In this document: positions 23,501 to 34,000 of the stretch, in pieces
Position numbering within the stretch: position 1 is the stretch's first letter
How the letters are laid out: the number at the start of each line of letters is the position of its first letter
Origin: Callorhinchus milii
Lineage: Eukaryota
Length of the DNA: 64,000 bases
Assembly: GCF_018977255.1 (NCBI RefSeq)
Contig: NW_024704752.1
Location: 16,988,001 to 17,052,000 of the forward strand
Direction: 5' to 3'
The notes under the pieces: generated by a model
Told to the model about the DNA's origin: nothing
The model's input: the letters and a program-made list of their open reading frames with translations, nothing else
Database searches by the model: none
Program-made: the position numbers and the translations under genes

Positions 23501-26500
23501 TACTTCACCATGTTTATAACTGGTTTTGCTCTTTCAAACTACCCAAAACTAGTTGCGTACTGTGGCAATTTTGCAAAACATCCGTCTGTAAATGGTAAGC
23601 AATTGTTATTTTTTTTAAAAAAGTGAAGTACATTAGATAGGGCTGAACACATTTTGTTTCATTTGAGGGTCTTGAATGGATGAATTAATTGGAGGAGATA
23701 AATTTTGACAAATACAATAGGCCAAGTTGGCTCTTTACTAGATTTCTCTTGTCCTTTGTTGATTCTGGTTTACAAAGAGAAGTAGGAGATAGCTTCCAGT
23801 GCGTGATGATGTGGTTTCATCAATATATTTTGCCCCAATCTCCAAACAACAATCCCATTCCTATAATTCTTTTTATTGTTTATAACTGACTTCCGTAAAA
23901 CTTGCCCAAAATATTCAGTGCATAACAGGAAGTTCAGCTGTTCCCTTTTTTTCTCTGTACAACTGAGAAAAACAAAGAGTTTGGTTTTGAACTTCTTGGA
24001 TTTGACACACTTTGATGTGTGTTCATTTATTAGTATAAAAACTAATTTTTGATTCTGAAGAAGCGAGTAAGTTTATTTGCATTCCTCTCATGGTGAATTA
24101 GTTGGATACCGACTAATTCATATTCAACGTGCTGATACATACCATTCCCGGCCTAATGTGATTCACATTCCTTTTATAATGGATTCAGTTGGTGAGGTGG
24201 GTACCAGCAGCAGTAAACTTGCTGATGCGTAGCCCGTTCACAGCTTAATTTAATCTGCATTCCTTTTATAATGGAATCTATTGAGGAGGTGGGTACCGGC
24301 AGCATTAATAGATACTGTAGTTAAGTCACAATTGAACAGAAGTTTTAACCCTACAGTATTCTGGGCTCTGGCTCTTGTTGGTCTGCCATTTTCATTGCAA
24401 GGAGAGTTCAGCAGCTGAGAACTAACTGTTCATGAGATTGCAGAAGGGTAAATCTTTGAAAAATCATGTTTGAGAGCTCCAGTTCTGTCTGCCAAATCTT
24501 CCTCAAAGTTTGGGGCTGCACAGCACAAATAAGCAATTTAATAAAAATCACTGGCTTGTCTGTTACTTAGCTGTTGTTGCTATTGAGCTCTCAGGACGAT
24601 TCCAAGTATATTCATTTTTATAAGGATAGGTCATTTATCTGTAGCCGCCTAGCAATTGCTTGACCCACATCATGCTAATTTTTTTAAAAACTCAAAGGTA
24701 TTTGTATATTATGGGTTAGATAAAGAACTGAAGTGTAATAATTGTAATTAACTTGTCTGCCGTTTCCTTTTGCCATTTTTTTCCAGCTTTGAATTTACCC
24801 ACAAGAAGCAGTCTGGTGGTGCAGGCCAGTATGGCAAGGTTATTGGTGTGCTGGAGCCTCTGGAGCCGGAAGACTGCACAAAGCTGGAATTTGTTGATCA
24901 AACTGTAGGAACAAATGTACCAAAGCAGTTTGTGCCAGCCATTGAGAAGGTAAAGGAGCTAAACAATACAGCTTTTGCCTCCTAAGCCTCAGATGTGAAA
25001 GAACAATGCGATATATAATGCGCTGCCCAGGTCCACACCATATCTATCCTGACACGAGAACAAAAAGTCAACACTTTTTATGTTGCTCAACAATGGCATC
25101 TCATTGTAATGAGCTTATGCTGTAGACCTTGCAATTGGTGGTGTTCCCCCCCACTCCACCCCCCCAAAAAAAAACGTTTGGCTGAAATTATAAGCAAGAC
25201 ATCTATGTAGTCTCAAAGAAAAACAGTTGTTTTGCATTGCTTCCAATTGCTTTAACTTACCTTGATGAGCCATCTGTGCTCTTCAGTCAGGATGTCATTG
25301 AATTGAAATAAGGAGTGTGTGTGAACTTATATTTGTTTTTAAAATGTTTTGGTCTACATTACTTTCACAGGGTTTCCTTGAGGCTTGTGAAAAAGGCCCT
25401 CTTACAGGTCATAAGATCTCTGGTGTACGTTTTGTATTGCAAGATGGTGCCAATCATATGGTGGACTCCAATGAAATTTCCTTCATCAGAGCTGGGGAAG
25501 GTGCTGTTAAACAAGGTTTGTAAACTCGTTGTAGATTAGAATTGCAAACAATGTTCACAGTTCTTCCCATCTGGCCAAGAAAAGAAACGTACAAAATTTC
25601 CGCACAAAACCTCGCTAAATGTAATACAAACTATACAGACAATGCGAATGTTTAAAACTACAAATCTTCTTGCAGACATACTAGAAGCACTTGAATTTGT
25701 GCATTTTTGCGTGTCGCAAAAGTTATTGAAAATAATTTCCCTTGAAAATATTTAAAATAAATGTTATTATACTTTAAAAAATTTCACATTATGTTGCAGA
25801 GACTAGGCGCCTTGGGACGTCCTCTCAACGTGAAAGGCGCTATACAAATGTAATGTTTTTTAGGAAAAATCAATTATGTTAAATGAATGTCGTAAAATAT
25901 TTTCCAGTCTATTAAACTCTAGCTATGAAAAATGAGAGTGGATCAATCCAGGTAGTATTGTCACCATTACAGTGTTTTGGTGTAAATCTATCAAAGCAGT
26001 AGTTACTTATTGATTTGTTTTGCATCCCTCAGTTATGGAAAAGGCCCATGTGGTTATTCTGGAGCCAGTCATGTCAGTAGAGGTCGTAGCACCGATTGAG
26101 TTTCAGGGAACAGTCATTGCTGGAATCAATCGTCGTCAAGGTATCATCACTGGTCAGGATGGAACAGATGAATACTTTACACTTTACTCTGATGTATGTA
26201 TTAAGTTTGTTCAGTTTTATATCATTGAAAGTGTCCCCGTACTATCACAACTTTGCTTATAATTGAAGTTTCATCCACAAAATATGGTGTACGGTCAATC
26301 TTTACAGGATATTCTGTGAAGCGCTTTGAGATATCTCAACGGCGCGATAAGGCGCTATAATAATAATAATCCTTGCATTTGATACCTAACCCTAAGTGCT
26401 GTTCTATACCAAATGCAAAGATTATTATTATAAATTATGCAAAATATTGTTTTTGTTTGAGATGTGTTTGCTTCCGGTATAACTGACTCTTTCTACCATC

Positions 26501-26963
26501 TCATTTTCTTTAAAGAAAGACTAATTTTCAAGATAAAGGACAGGGTAAAGTGGTGTGGGAGACAAGTGAATCTGTCAAGAGTGGTAAAATGTTTTTTTTG
26601 TTTTTCAGGTTCCATTGAACAACATGTTTGGATATGCTTCTGAACTTCGTTCTTGCACAGAGGTATATTTGACTGCATATGGCTTCTTTAAATACTTACC
26701 CAGTAAATGTATTTAAAAAAATGAAAAGCTAGAAATTGATGTGAAATCTTTGAAATGATCAAGTCTGCAGAACAAAGGAAAACCTTTTCAAGCTTTGTAA
26801 CTTTAAATGAGTTTGTAATGATGTTTTCCAGGGTAAAGGTGAATACACCATGGAATACAGCAGGAATCAGCCCTGTTTGCCCAGTGCACAGGATGAATTG
26901 GTCAATAAATACCTGGAAGCCACAGGTCAACTTCCAGTCAAAAGGGGCAAAGCCAAGAACTAA
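2457..26963 (+). CDS. GFM1: Mitochondrial elongation factor G1 (EF-G1mt), 18 coding exons, 745 aa
   Basis: Exons 2457-2522, 3805-3957, 4122-4254, 4610-4814, 5926-6042, 6764-6914, 7277-7431, 8066-8150, 8772-8909, 12953-13054, 16166-16222, 16769-16906, 18052-18134, 24787-24949, 25371-25515, 26033-26193, 26609-26662, 26832-26963 (sum 2238 nt, open frame, TAA stop). GTPase motifs [27 protein letters not shown] and the EF-G motifs GMGELHLE and [10 protein letters not shown] are present. Confidence 0.97.
2618..2717. repeat. Imperfect (TG)n microsatellite abutting an assembly gap
   Basis: TG runs interrupted by TTAC/GAC units, running into Ns at 2718. Confidence 0.9.
2718..2916. other. Assembly gap (N run) in GFM1 intron 1
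   Basis: Continuous Ns. Confidence 0.99.
3032..3553 (+). repeat. G-rich minisatellite, unit about 40-45 bp
   Basis: About 12 copies of GGGGAGCTGGCTGAGGGGCTCTGGTTGGCGGGGTGTGGGGTG-like units. Confidence 0.9.
4925..5183 (+). mobile_element. L2 LINE 3' fragment
   Basis: Translates as [20 protein letters not shown]...LKT, matching the C-terminus of the 9.2-11.8 kb ORF2. Ends in GGCGCTATATAAATGCAAG(TTG)n. Confidence 0.85.
9193..11828 (+). mobile_element. Young 5'-truncated L2-clade LINE in GFM1 intron 9 (end of endonuclease plus reverse transcriptase)
   Basis: Uninterrupted ORF (track 9284-11626, frame open from about 9200). Motifs: PTH..GHPLDL and SDH (APE end), [50 protein letters not shown] and the L2-type LHWLPI..RI.FK C-terminus. 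3' hairpin and (TTG)n tail; possible TGAAG target duplication at 9188-9192 and 11827-11831. Confidence 0.95.
11600..11730 (+). repeat. Three tandem ~44-bp pyrimidine-rich units at the L2 ORF2 end / 3' UTR
   Basis: CCCTCCCTTCCCTCCCCTCACCCTGACCATTTCCCCC repeated three times. Confidence 0.85.
12558..12722 (+). mobile_element. SINE 3' half, diverged
   Basis: CTGCGCGCAATTGACTGCCGCG core, tail hairpin and (TTA)n. Confidence 0.8.
14845..15338 (+). mobile_element. Degenerate L2 LINE 3' fragment
   Basis: [12 protein letters not shown]...[13 protein letters not shown]-like translation with frameshifts, ending in a TTG-type tail. Confidence 0.85.
19260..22728 (-). CDS. RARRES1: Latexin-family protein (RARRES1/LXN/ovocalyxin-32 family), RARRES1-like with signal peptide, nested antisense in GFM1 intron 13; 6 exons, 270 aa
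   Basis: Minus-strand exons 22728-22516 ([18 protein letters not shown]...[20 protein letters not shown]), 20599-20531, 20157-19983 (GNCTAIVIF...RPYTNVNC...NIP), 19814-19678 ([22 protein letters not shown]), 19580-19518 ([20 protein letters not shown]), 19415-19260 ([23 protein letters not shown]...EEGSAMI*). Sum 813 nt, all GT-AG, frame open. Family assignment is firm; RARRES1 versus LXN naming is less so (position is that of LXN). Confidence 0.88.
20639..20925 (-). mobile_element. tRNA-derived SINE, near full length, diverged
   Basis: B box GGTTCGATTCC on minus, CCTTGGGCAAGTTTCCTTACTCCAC body, core and (TTA)n tail. Confidence 0.85.
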
Positions 26964-27864
26964 AGATCATTCCTTACTCGGCTGCTTTTGGGGACTTTCA
27001 GTACCACATTAGACAAATGGATGATCGTATTCAGCATACATGTGTGACTGCAAAAAATAAATTGGTTGGGCAGCACAAACAGACCACTCTGCAGTTATGT
27101 CCAATTTTATCAAAGAAAAACTATGTCAGAAATAGCAAACTCGTGCAAAATCTGCAATCAGAAACTGAAAGACATCACCTTGCACTCAGCAAATCATTGG
27201 GGGCTAGTCCAGATGCAGACCATTGAACATCATCAGGAAGACTGATGTTTATTCATCTGAGCACTTTGGCCTCAAAGCAACTTGATTTCATTTTATCACA
27301 CCCAATGTCTGTTGAAAAGTCATTAAGGAATAACAGAAAATCCACAGCATTTTCAGGAATTCGTCTACAAATGTTAATGTCAACTTCAAGTAACCTCATA
27401 CTTGATTTAGCTATTAGCTTAATGTGCCCCTAATCTTCTCATTTATCAGCATTGTACAGAATTCTTGATCCAAGCAAAGTCTATTTATATATGAAATCTT
27501 GATCCAGACACGAACTATACCGTAGATGTTCTGTACTTTTTAATGTTCTTTTTATGCACTGAAACATCAATTACAACGGTGTACTTCCTTCTTTTTTGAA
27601 CAGAGTTTTATTTCCACTAACCATATGATTCACTGTATCATTACAATTGCCCTTATATTTATTGTAAATTCTAAAAATAAGATTTGTATTTTTAAAATCA
27701 TTTAAGATAATTTTCTGTGTTTCAAATGCGATACTGTCAATTTTATCAGATCATGTAATTTGTTGCTTTTCGCCCAGTCAGTTCAGTATATTCTGTGAAG
27801 AGGTTTGAGACATCTCAACGACGTGAAAAGGCACTATATCAAATGCAAGGATTATGATTTTCAG

Positions 27865-28075
27865 TTCTGGTTTCCAGTGTAATGATGTCTGCTGTTGTCA
27901 GTTAAGGCATTAAACCAAGGCCCCATCTGCATATTCAGGTGAATGTTAAAAATCTGGTGACATTATTCAAAAAGAGAAGGGAGTAATTCCTGGTCTGGCC
28001 AACATTCTCTGAAATAAATTGCTCATCACTTCATGACTGTGTATGCCCAGTTTGGCTGCTGTGTAGCCTTTAAAT
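27865..28075 (+). mobile_element. Ancient Deu-domain SINE relic (SacSINE1/AmnSINE1-like)
   Basis: TTAAACCAAGGCCCCATCTGC...TCAGGTGAATGTTAAAAATC...GGGAGTAATTCCTGGTCTGGCCAACATT resembles the recalled Deu-domain consensus. Confidence 0.6.
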
Positions 28076-29762
28076 ACACGATCACTTCACTTTACAGCAG
28101 TTACCTTTGTGACCTTTCAACATTATAGATGATATATCCAATGTAACTATTATTAGGACTTGATTTGTATGCCCTACTTACTCATATTATCTTGCTCCAA
28201 ATGGAAGAAAAGATCAAGTTATTTCTTTACCCTGTATGTAAGATAATAAGCATGACTTTGGGTACAGCAGTCAGCACTTTGTCCTTTCCTTTCAGCACTT
28301 GGGTCTCAATTAAGTTCAAAATGATGGCAAACTCCACGGGATTTCGAGAGGTATGTCCCATTGATCTTCATGAGTTTGTGATTTTCATGATTTGTTTTCA
28401 TGGAAGAACTGTCATATCTGAGGATGTTATATTCAAGAACTAAATACTTATGTAATGGTAAATTAACAGTATAGTAGCTGTTGCTAATTTTGTTTCTACA
28501 CTTTGACGAAGGACAGCCTGAAGATTAAAAAACTGATGAAATTTATCGCTCTTGCTAAATATCTGAAGTTGACAAAAACTGTACCTTTTAAAATGGGGAA
28601 AGAGAGTAATACAGAAGTTTTACAATATCCTTTCTAAAAAAGAAAGTTTAGAGCAATTCAAGCTTTTTGAACCACAAGATTTGAGAGACCAGTGACTCAT
28701 TTTGCTGAGTTTTTACACAAAGGAAAAGGCAGACAAAAGGACAGGAAGGTATTTTTCCATGACGCCCATCCTTGTGGATTGTAGGTTAGATTTTTTTTAA
28801 TTTCGGTGCCAAGTTATGAATAATTTTAGGCTGTTAACTTGCACTGTTTGGAAACTAATTGAAAACACCACAGTTTTGCATGCAAAGAGTATAGAGCGAT
28901 GCAAGCTTGTTTTATGTTGGAATCCAAGTCACCAGAAAACAAAGTCTTCCATCCTTGTTGGAATCAGCATTCTGAGTATATTCATCTTAAAATTTTAAAT
29001 TATCTTAAAAAAATATTTATCTTTAAATTTTAAGATTTTAAAATCTTAAACTGGAAAATTTAATTCTATTCATCTCTAGAATCCTATGTAAGTTTCTTGC
29101 TTAGTTTTGTTGAAAAATTAACTTGGGGTTCTCTTTTTGGATGTTAAATCAATCGACACCAGGGATTTTCTCTTATTGTTTATAGCAAAATAAATAATAC
29201 AATTGCACTTTTCCACTTTGCAAAGACGTGCTGTAATTCAGCACAGCGAAAAAATATAAAAAGCTGCACACGGTGCACGGATACGTTTGGGCCGAAGCCC
29301 AAATCTGGTAGCTCTGTCCTTTTTTTTTATGACCACGGCCTGTGACTGATGCTGTTCTGGTACTTTCTGTTCTTTGTAACCTGTTAAAAGATGTTGGCTT
29401 TCACAGTAGAGGGCACGCAAAGCCGGTCGGTGATCACAGAGTTCTTTCACTCAATAGCATTATACGCAACACGATTCAGTGCGTGCGCAAAGATCGCCAC
29501 ACCCCAGGCAGTAAATACTGCGGTGGTGTTGTCGATGACACCGCCTGTGAGAATGAAGTTTAATGGAACTGAGGATTCAGTTATTCCACACGGAGCACGT
29601 GGACGTCCAGAAGAGGTGAAAAGCGCTGCGTCAAAGGCAAGGAATATTATAATATGGAGGACGACGAAAGCTCCGCACGGGGAATAATATGGGACCCGGG
29701 TGGGCTTCCGCACGGAGTCATTCTCAAAGAACACAATCTCGAGAGATAATGTAACAGAAACC

Positions 29763-30454
29763 GAGGGGGAGTGAGGGGGGGTTGTGAGGAAGAGAGGGGT
29801 TGGGGGTGAGGGGGGGGTATTTGGGGAGTCAGAAGGAGGGCAGTTGGAGGTGGGGTTGGGGGAGGGAGGGGGGTTGGGGGTGAGGATGGTTGGGGGGGAG
29901 AGGGGGTTGGGGGGGAAAGGATGGTTGGGGGGGGAGAGGGGGTTGGGGGAGAGGGGGTTGGGGGGGAGAGGATGGTTGGGGGGAGAGGGGGTTGGGGGAG
30001 AGGGGGTTGGGGGGGAGAGGATGGTTGGGGGGGAGAGGGGGTTGGGGGAGAGGGGGTTGGGGGAGGGGGTTGGGGGGGAGAGGATGGTTGGGGGGGAGAG
30101 GGGGTTGGGGGGGAGAGGGTTGGGGAGAGGGGTTGGGGGGAGAGGATGGTTGGGGGAGAGGATGGTTGGGGGGAGGGGGGTTGGGGGGGAGGAGTTGGGG
30201 GGAGGGGGTTGGGGAGGGAGGGGGTTGGGGGAGGGGGTTGGGGGGAGAGGATGGTTGGGGGGGAGAGGGGGTTGGGGGGAGAGGGTTGGGGGAGAGGGGG
30301 TTGGGGGGAGAGGATGGTTGGGGGAGAGGATGGTTGGGGGAGAGGATGGTTGGGGGGAGGGGGTTGGGGGGAGGAGTTGGGGGGAGGGGGGTTGGGGGAG
30401 AGGATGGTTGGGGGGGAGGGGGTTGGGGGGGAGGAGTTGGGGGGAGAGGAGGGG
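29763..30454 (+). repeat. Almost C-free G-rich minisatellite upstream of MFSD1
   Basis: Alternating GGGGTTGGGGGAGA and GGATGGTTGGGGGGGAGA units over about 690 bp. Confidence 0.92.
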
Positions 30455-30519
30455 TTTGTTCCAGTGAAGAACAACACGATCTCACACCCAATACGACAAC
30501 ACTACAACAACACCGAGGG

Positions 30520-30729
30520 ATCAGTGGGCGCTTCACCTGCTGACGCCCCCGTCCCCGCCCGCGTCTCCAGGAAGTGGCTCTGCCGTCTCCAGGAAGTGAC
30601 GCGAGGCCGGGAGGCGGGGCCGCGGGGGGCGGGGGTGGGAGGGAGGGAGGGAGGGAGGGAGCGGCCCTCCCTCAACGGGCGGGTCATCACGTGAGTCAGT
30701 CACAGGACCCGGGAGGAGCGGAGCGAGCG
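30520..30729 (+). promoter_or_regulatory. MFSD1 CpG-island promoter with tandem ETS sites and CLEAR-like E-box
   Basis: GTCTCCAGGAAGTG twice (30563-30576, 30585-30598), GC boxes, and TCACGTGA at 30687-30694, about 35 nt before the ATG. Confidence 0.7.
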
Positions 30730-31025
30730 ATGGAGGAGACGGAGACCGACACCGACACCGAGAGGGAGAGCGGCGGCTCCGGGAGTCTGACCGGCGGCGG
30801 CGGCGGCTCCTCCTCCTCCACTCCGCTCTGTGACCCGACCCGAGGCCTCCACCGCCTCCTGGTGCTCGTCCTCATGTGTTTCCTGGGCTTCGGTGAGACT
30901 CTGACTGACTGACTGACTGACTGACACCGTGTGGCCCTCATCACAGCGCCGGGAAAGCCTCACAATAACAGCGACCACAGAACAGCTGTCAGAGTAACGA
31001 TATAACTGTAGTAAACTATATCATC

Positions 31026-31058
<33 letters not shown>

Positions 31059-34000
31059 TCACGGCGGGTTTCCTTTTGTGATAACGCCAGTTAAAAAAAA
31101 AAATCCTTGTGTTTGCCATAATCATAATAATAATATAATAATAGTAATAATCAGTGCATTTGATACAATAGTAATAATAATCAGTGCGTTTGATATTATA
31201 ATAATAACAACAACAACAATAATCATTGCGTTTGCTACCGCGCCTCACCGCGTCGTCGAGACGCCTCAAAGCGCTTCGCGGGGTACACTGTGGAGTGGAG
31301 TGACTGTGTATTTTGTGGGCAAAACGCGGCAGCCAATTGCACACGGCAGCGTCCCCCGTCGTCCCCCCCCCCCGTCCCCCCCACACACACACACACACGC
31401 ACAGTCGTGGATTGAAGTTATTATTTGTCTATATTTTTCGGGAGCCATTATTACTGCCCTCACCCCCCCCCCCCCACCCACCACCACACTGAGAGCGATC
31501 CTATATTTATTTGGGGTTTCGTTGTCCGTTGTAACTGCTTCTGTTCCACGTACTTACGGCGACGACAACAGCTATAATATAATAATAATAATCCTTGCAT
31601 TTGATATAGCGCTTTTCACGTCGGGAGGACGTCCCAAAGCGCTTCACAGAACACACTGTAAAGTGAATTGACTGTAAATTTGTGGGCGAACGCGGCAGCC
31701 AATTGCGCACAGCAATGTCCCACAAACAGTCGTAGATTGAAAATGACCAATTAATTATTGTGTTTGGTTTTGGAGGATTATTATTAGGCTCTGTGTGGAG
31801 TAAGGAAACTTGCCCAAGGTTTCGCCCTCTGCCTGGAATTGAACTCAGGTCTCTCACTTGCAAAGCGAGTGCCTAACCACTGAGCTACAGGACTGCCGTC
31901 TACATCGCGCCCCCCCCCCCCGCGCAGGGTGGCAGCTCGGGGCGCTTGACAGTAACGGAGCGCGCGGAGGTGGACGTTGGCACGGTCAAAGGGGAAGGTC
32001 TTCCGGTGTGATCCGATCTGATAATGGGGAAGGACAACACCTCGGTGAGAATGGCTGGTTTCGTGCTGTGTGCAAGGCAGAGGGACGGAGGGGGCAAGTT
32101 TCGGGAAGCGCGGCCAACCACGGCGGAAGGGAGGGCACGAGGGTCAAGCAGGAGGCCGTCCTCTTTACTGACCCTTGTTTCCTTCCCCCCACACCCCCCC
32201 CCCCACACACCCCCGACTGGCCCCAACTTTGAGCTCACGGTCCAGGTTGACACTCCAGTGCAGTGCTGGGGGTGTAGTGTATTGTCCGAGATGCCGTCCT
32301 TCGCGTGAGATGTTAAATTGAGGTCCATCTGCCTGTTCAGATGGTCAGTAAACGCTTCGTTAGGTCCTCCCACTGTACAACTGTAAACTGGAATGTAAAT
32401 TGTATTGGATGTTAGAGATTCTATGGCATCTTGAGTGTAGTGTTAAATAATAATATAATAATCCTTGCATTTGATATAGCACTTATCATATCCCCGAAAC
32501 GACTCAAAATGCCTTACAGGGTTTACCATAAAGTGCAGTGACTTTTTTTTGTAGACAAACCCAGCAGCTGATTTACACACAGCACGAAATCAGCCATTTC
32601 ACTTAGTTGTTGATTTCTATATTCTCATTTAGTTGAATCTTAAAATCAGTCTGTCAATGTTTCTTTCAATTCTGTTAATGAAATCATATCAGCTATCGTT
32701 TAAAGATCATTCCATTAATATGTCTTAAGAATATGAAGGTTCTGTTGAAAACCTGGTTTCTGAGCAGTTCACTTATCATCAGAAAAATCAAATCTAAACA
32801 ATTTGTAAATCTATTGAACAATTGTAAGTCCCGCTGAACAATTGATTAGACTTTTGTTTGCGATAATGATTGATACAGCCTATGTTTCATGAAAATATTT
32901 ACATGAGCACTTAGTTAAATACAAAATGGCAACTCAAATTTACAATAAAAATTGTAGCATTGTTTATTTGTAATTCTGGATGAATTGGTGAAATAAACTT
33001 ACTTCCCCTTGTTTGCTCAAATGATTTATTCAGTGACTATATAGCCATTGAAACACTGGGTTTGATCCCTCACCTGTGTAGAGGATCTTGCTAACCTCAG
33101 TGCACAAGGTTTAAGTAGAGGAACATCATTCAGCTCCTGATAGATATCCAGCAAACTATTAGATGTGTGTTTATGTTGAGTGAGTTCGGGGTGAGGATTG
33201 CCTCCATCATCCTTTTGCGTTTGAAGAAATCAGGGCCAACAATCAGCGTTAATAATTGCGTATGAATAATGCCATCTTGATGAGGTGCCGGACCAGCCTC
33301 AGTACAAATATACTTCAGCAGAAGAGGAAAGGAGTCTGTGAGAAAGTGTTATTGGGTGAAATATTTTTCTTTGTTTAACTACACCATGCAAATCTGAAAG
33401 TAGAGGCAACTGACTTGGCCAGCGGGACCCAACAAGCCGCCAGGAAGAATGAGCAAATGTGTTTGTGCGCGCGCTGGAATTGTTCGAAGTGTGGGAGATT
33501 GTGTCTCACCCTGTGGCACAAAGTGCGGAGTATCGAGACTTAATTGGCTTTGTTGGTTTGGGTAAACTCATTTTTTTTTTATTTTCCTCCCTTCAGGTAG
33601 CTATTTCTGTTATGATAATCCAGCTGCACTACAGACTCAAATTCAGGGGGTAAGTATGGAAATGTTGAAGTATTGAAAAATCATAGCAATCATTAAAACA
33701 AAGATTCATCAAGACTGGGAAGGTTGATATAGTTTGTTGTGTCTGTAACATTAATATACGATGTTATTATTATTATATGATATTTGATTTAATGAATAAA
33801 AATCAATCAGGTTCGCCAGGAGAATTTGATCTTTCTCCAAATGGATACCAAGCTTTTTTTTTTCATGTCATCTTGATTTTTGTATTTTATAATTCGCCAG
33901 AACATCAGTGAGAGTAATCAAACGTTTATCTTAACAGGTTATGAAAGTTAATACTGTTACATTCATGCAGCTATATGCATGGTATTCATGGCCCAATGTT

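Noticed and set aside
26964-29760. Expected separate RARRES1 gene between GFM1 and MFSD1
   Set aside because: No latexin-family exons found on either strand by eye; only a chance-level GVCHHFE similarity near 28320 followed by a stop.
29647-30694. Long Pro-rich and Gly/Trp-rich ORFs (217-276 aa)
   Set aside because: Artefacts of the G-rich minisatellite, which lacks stop codons in most frames.
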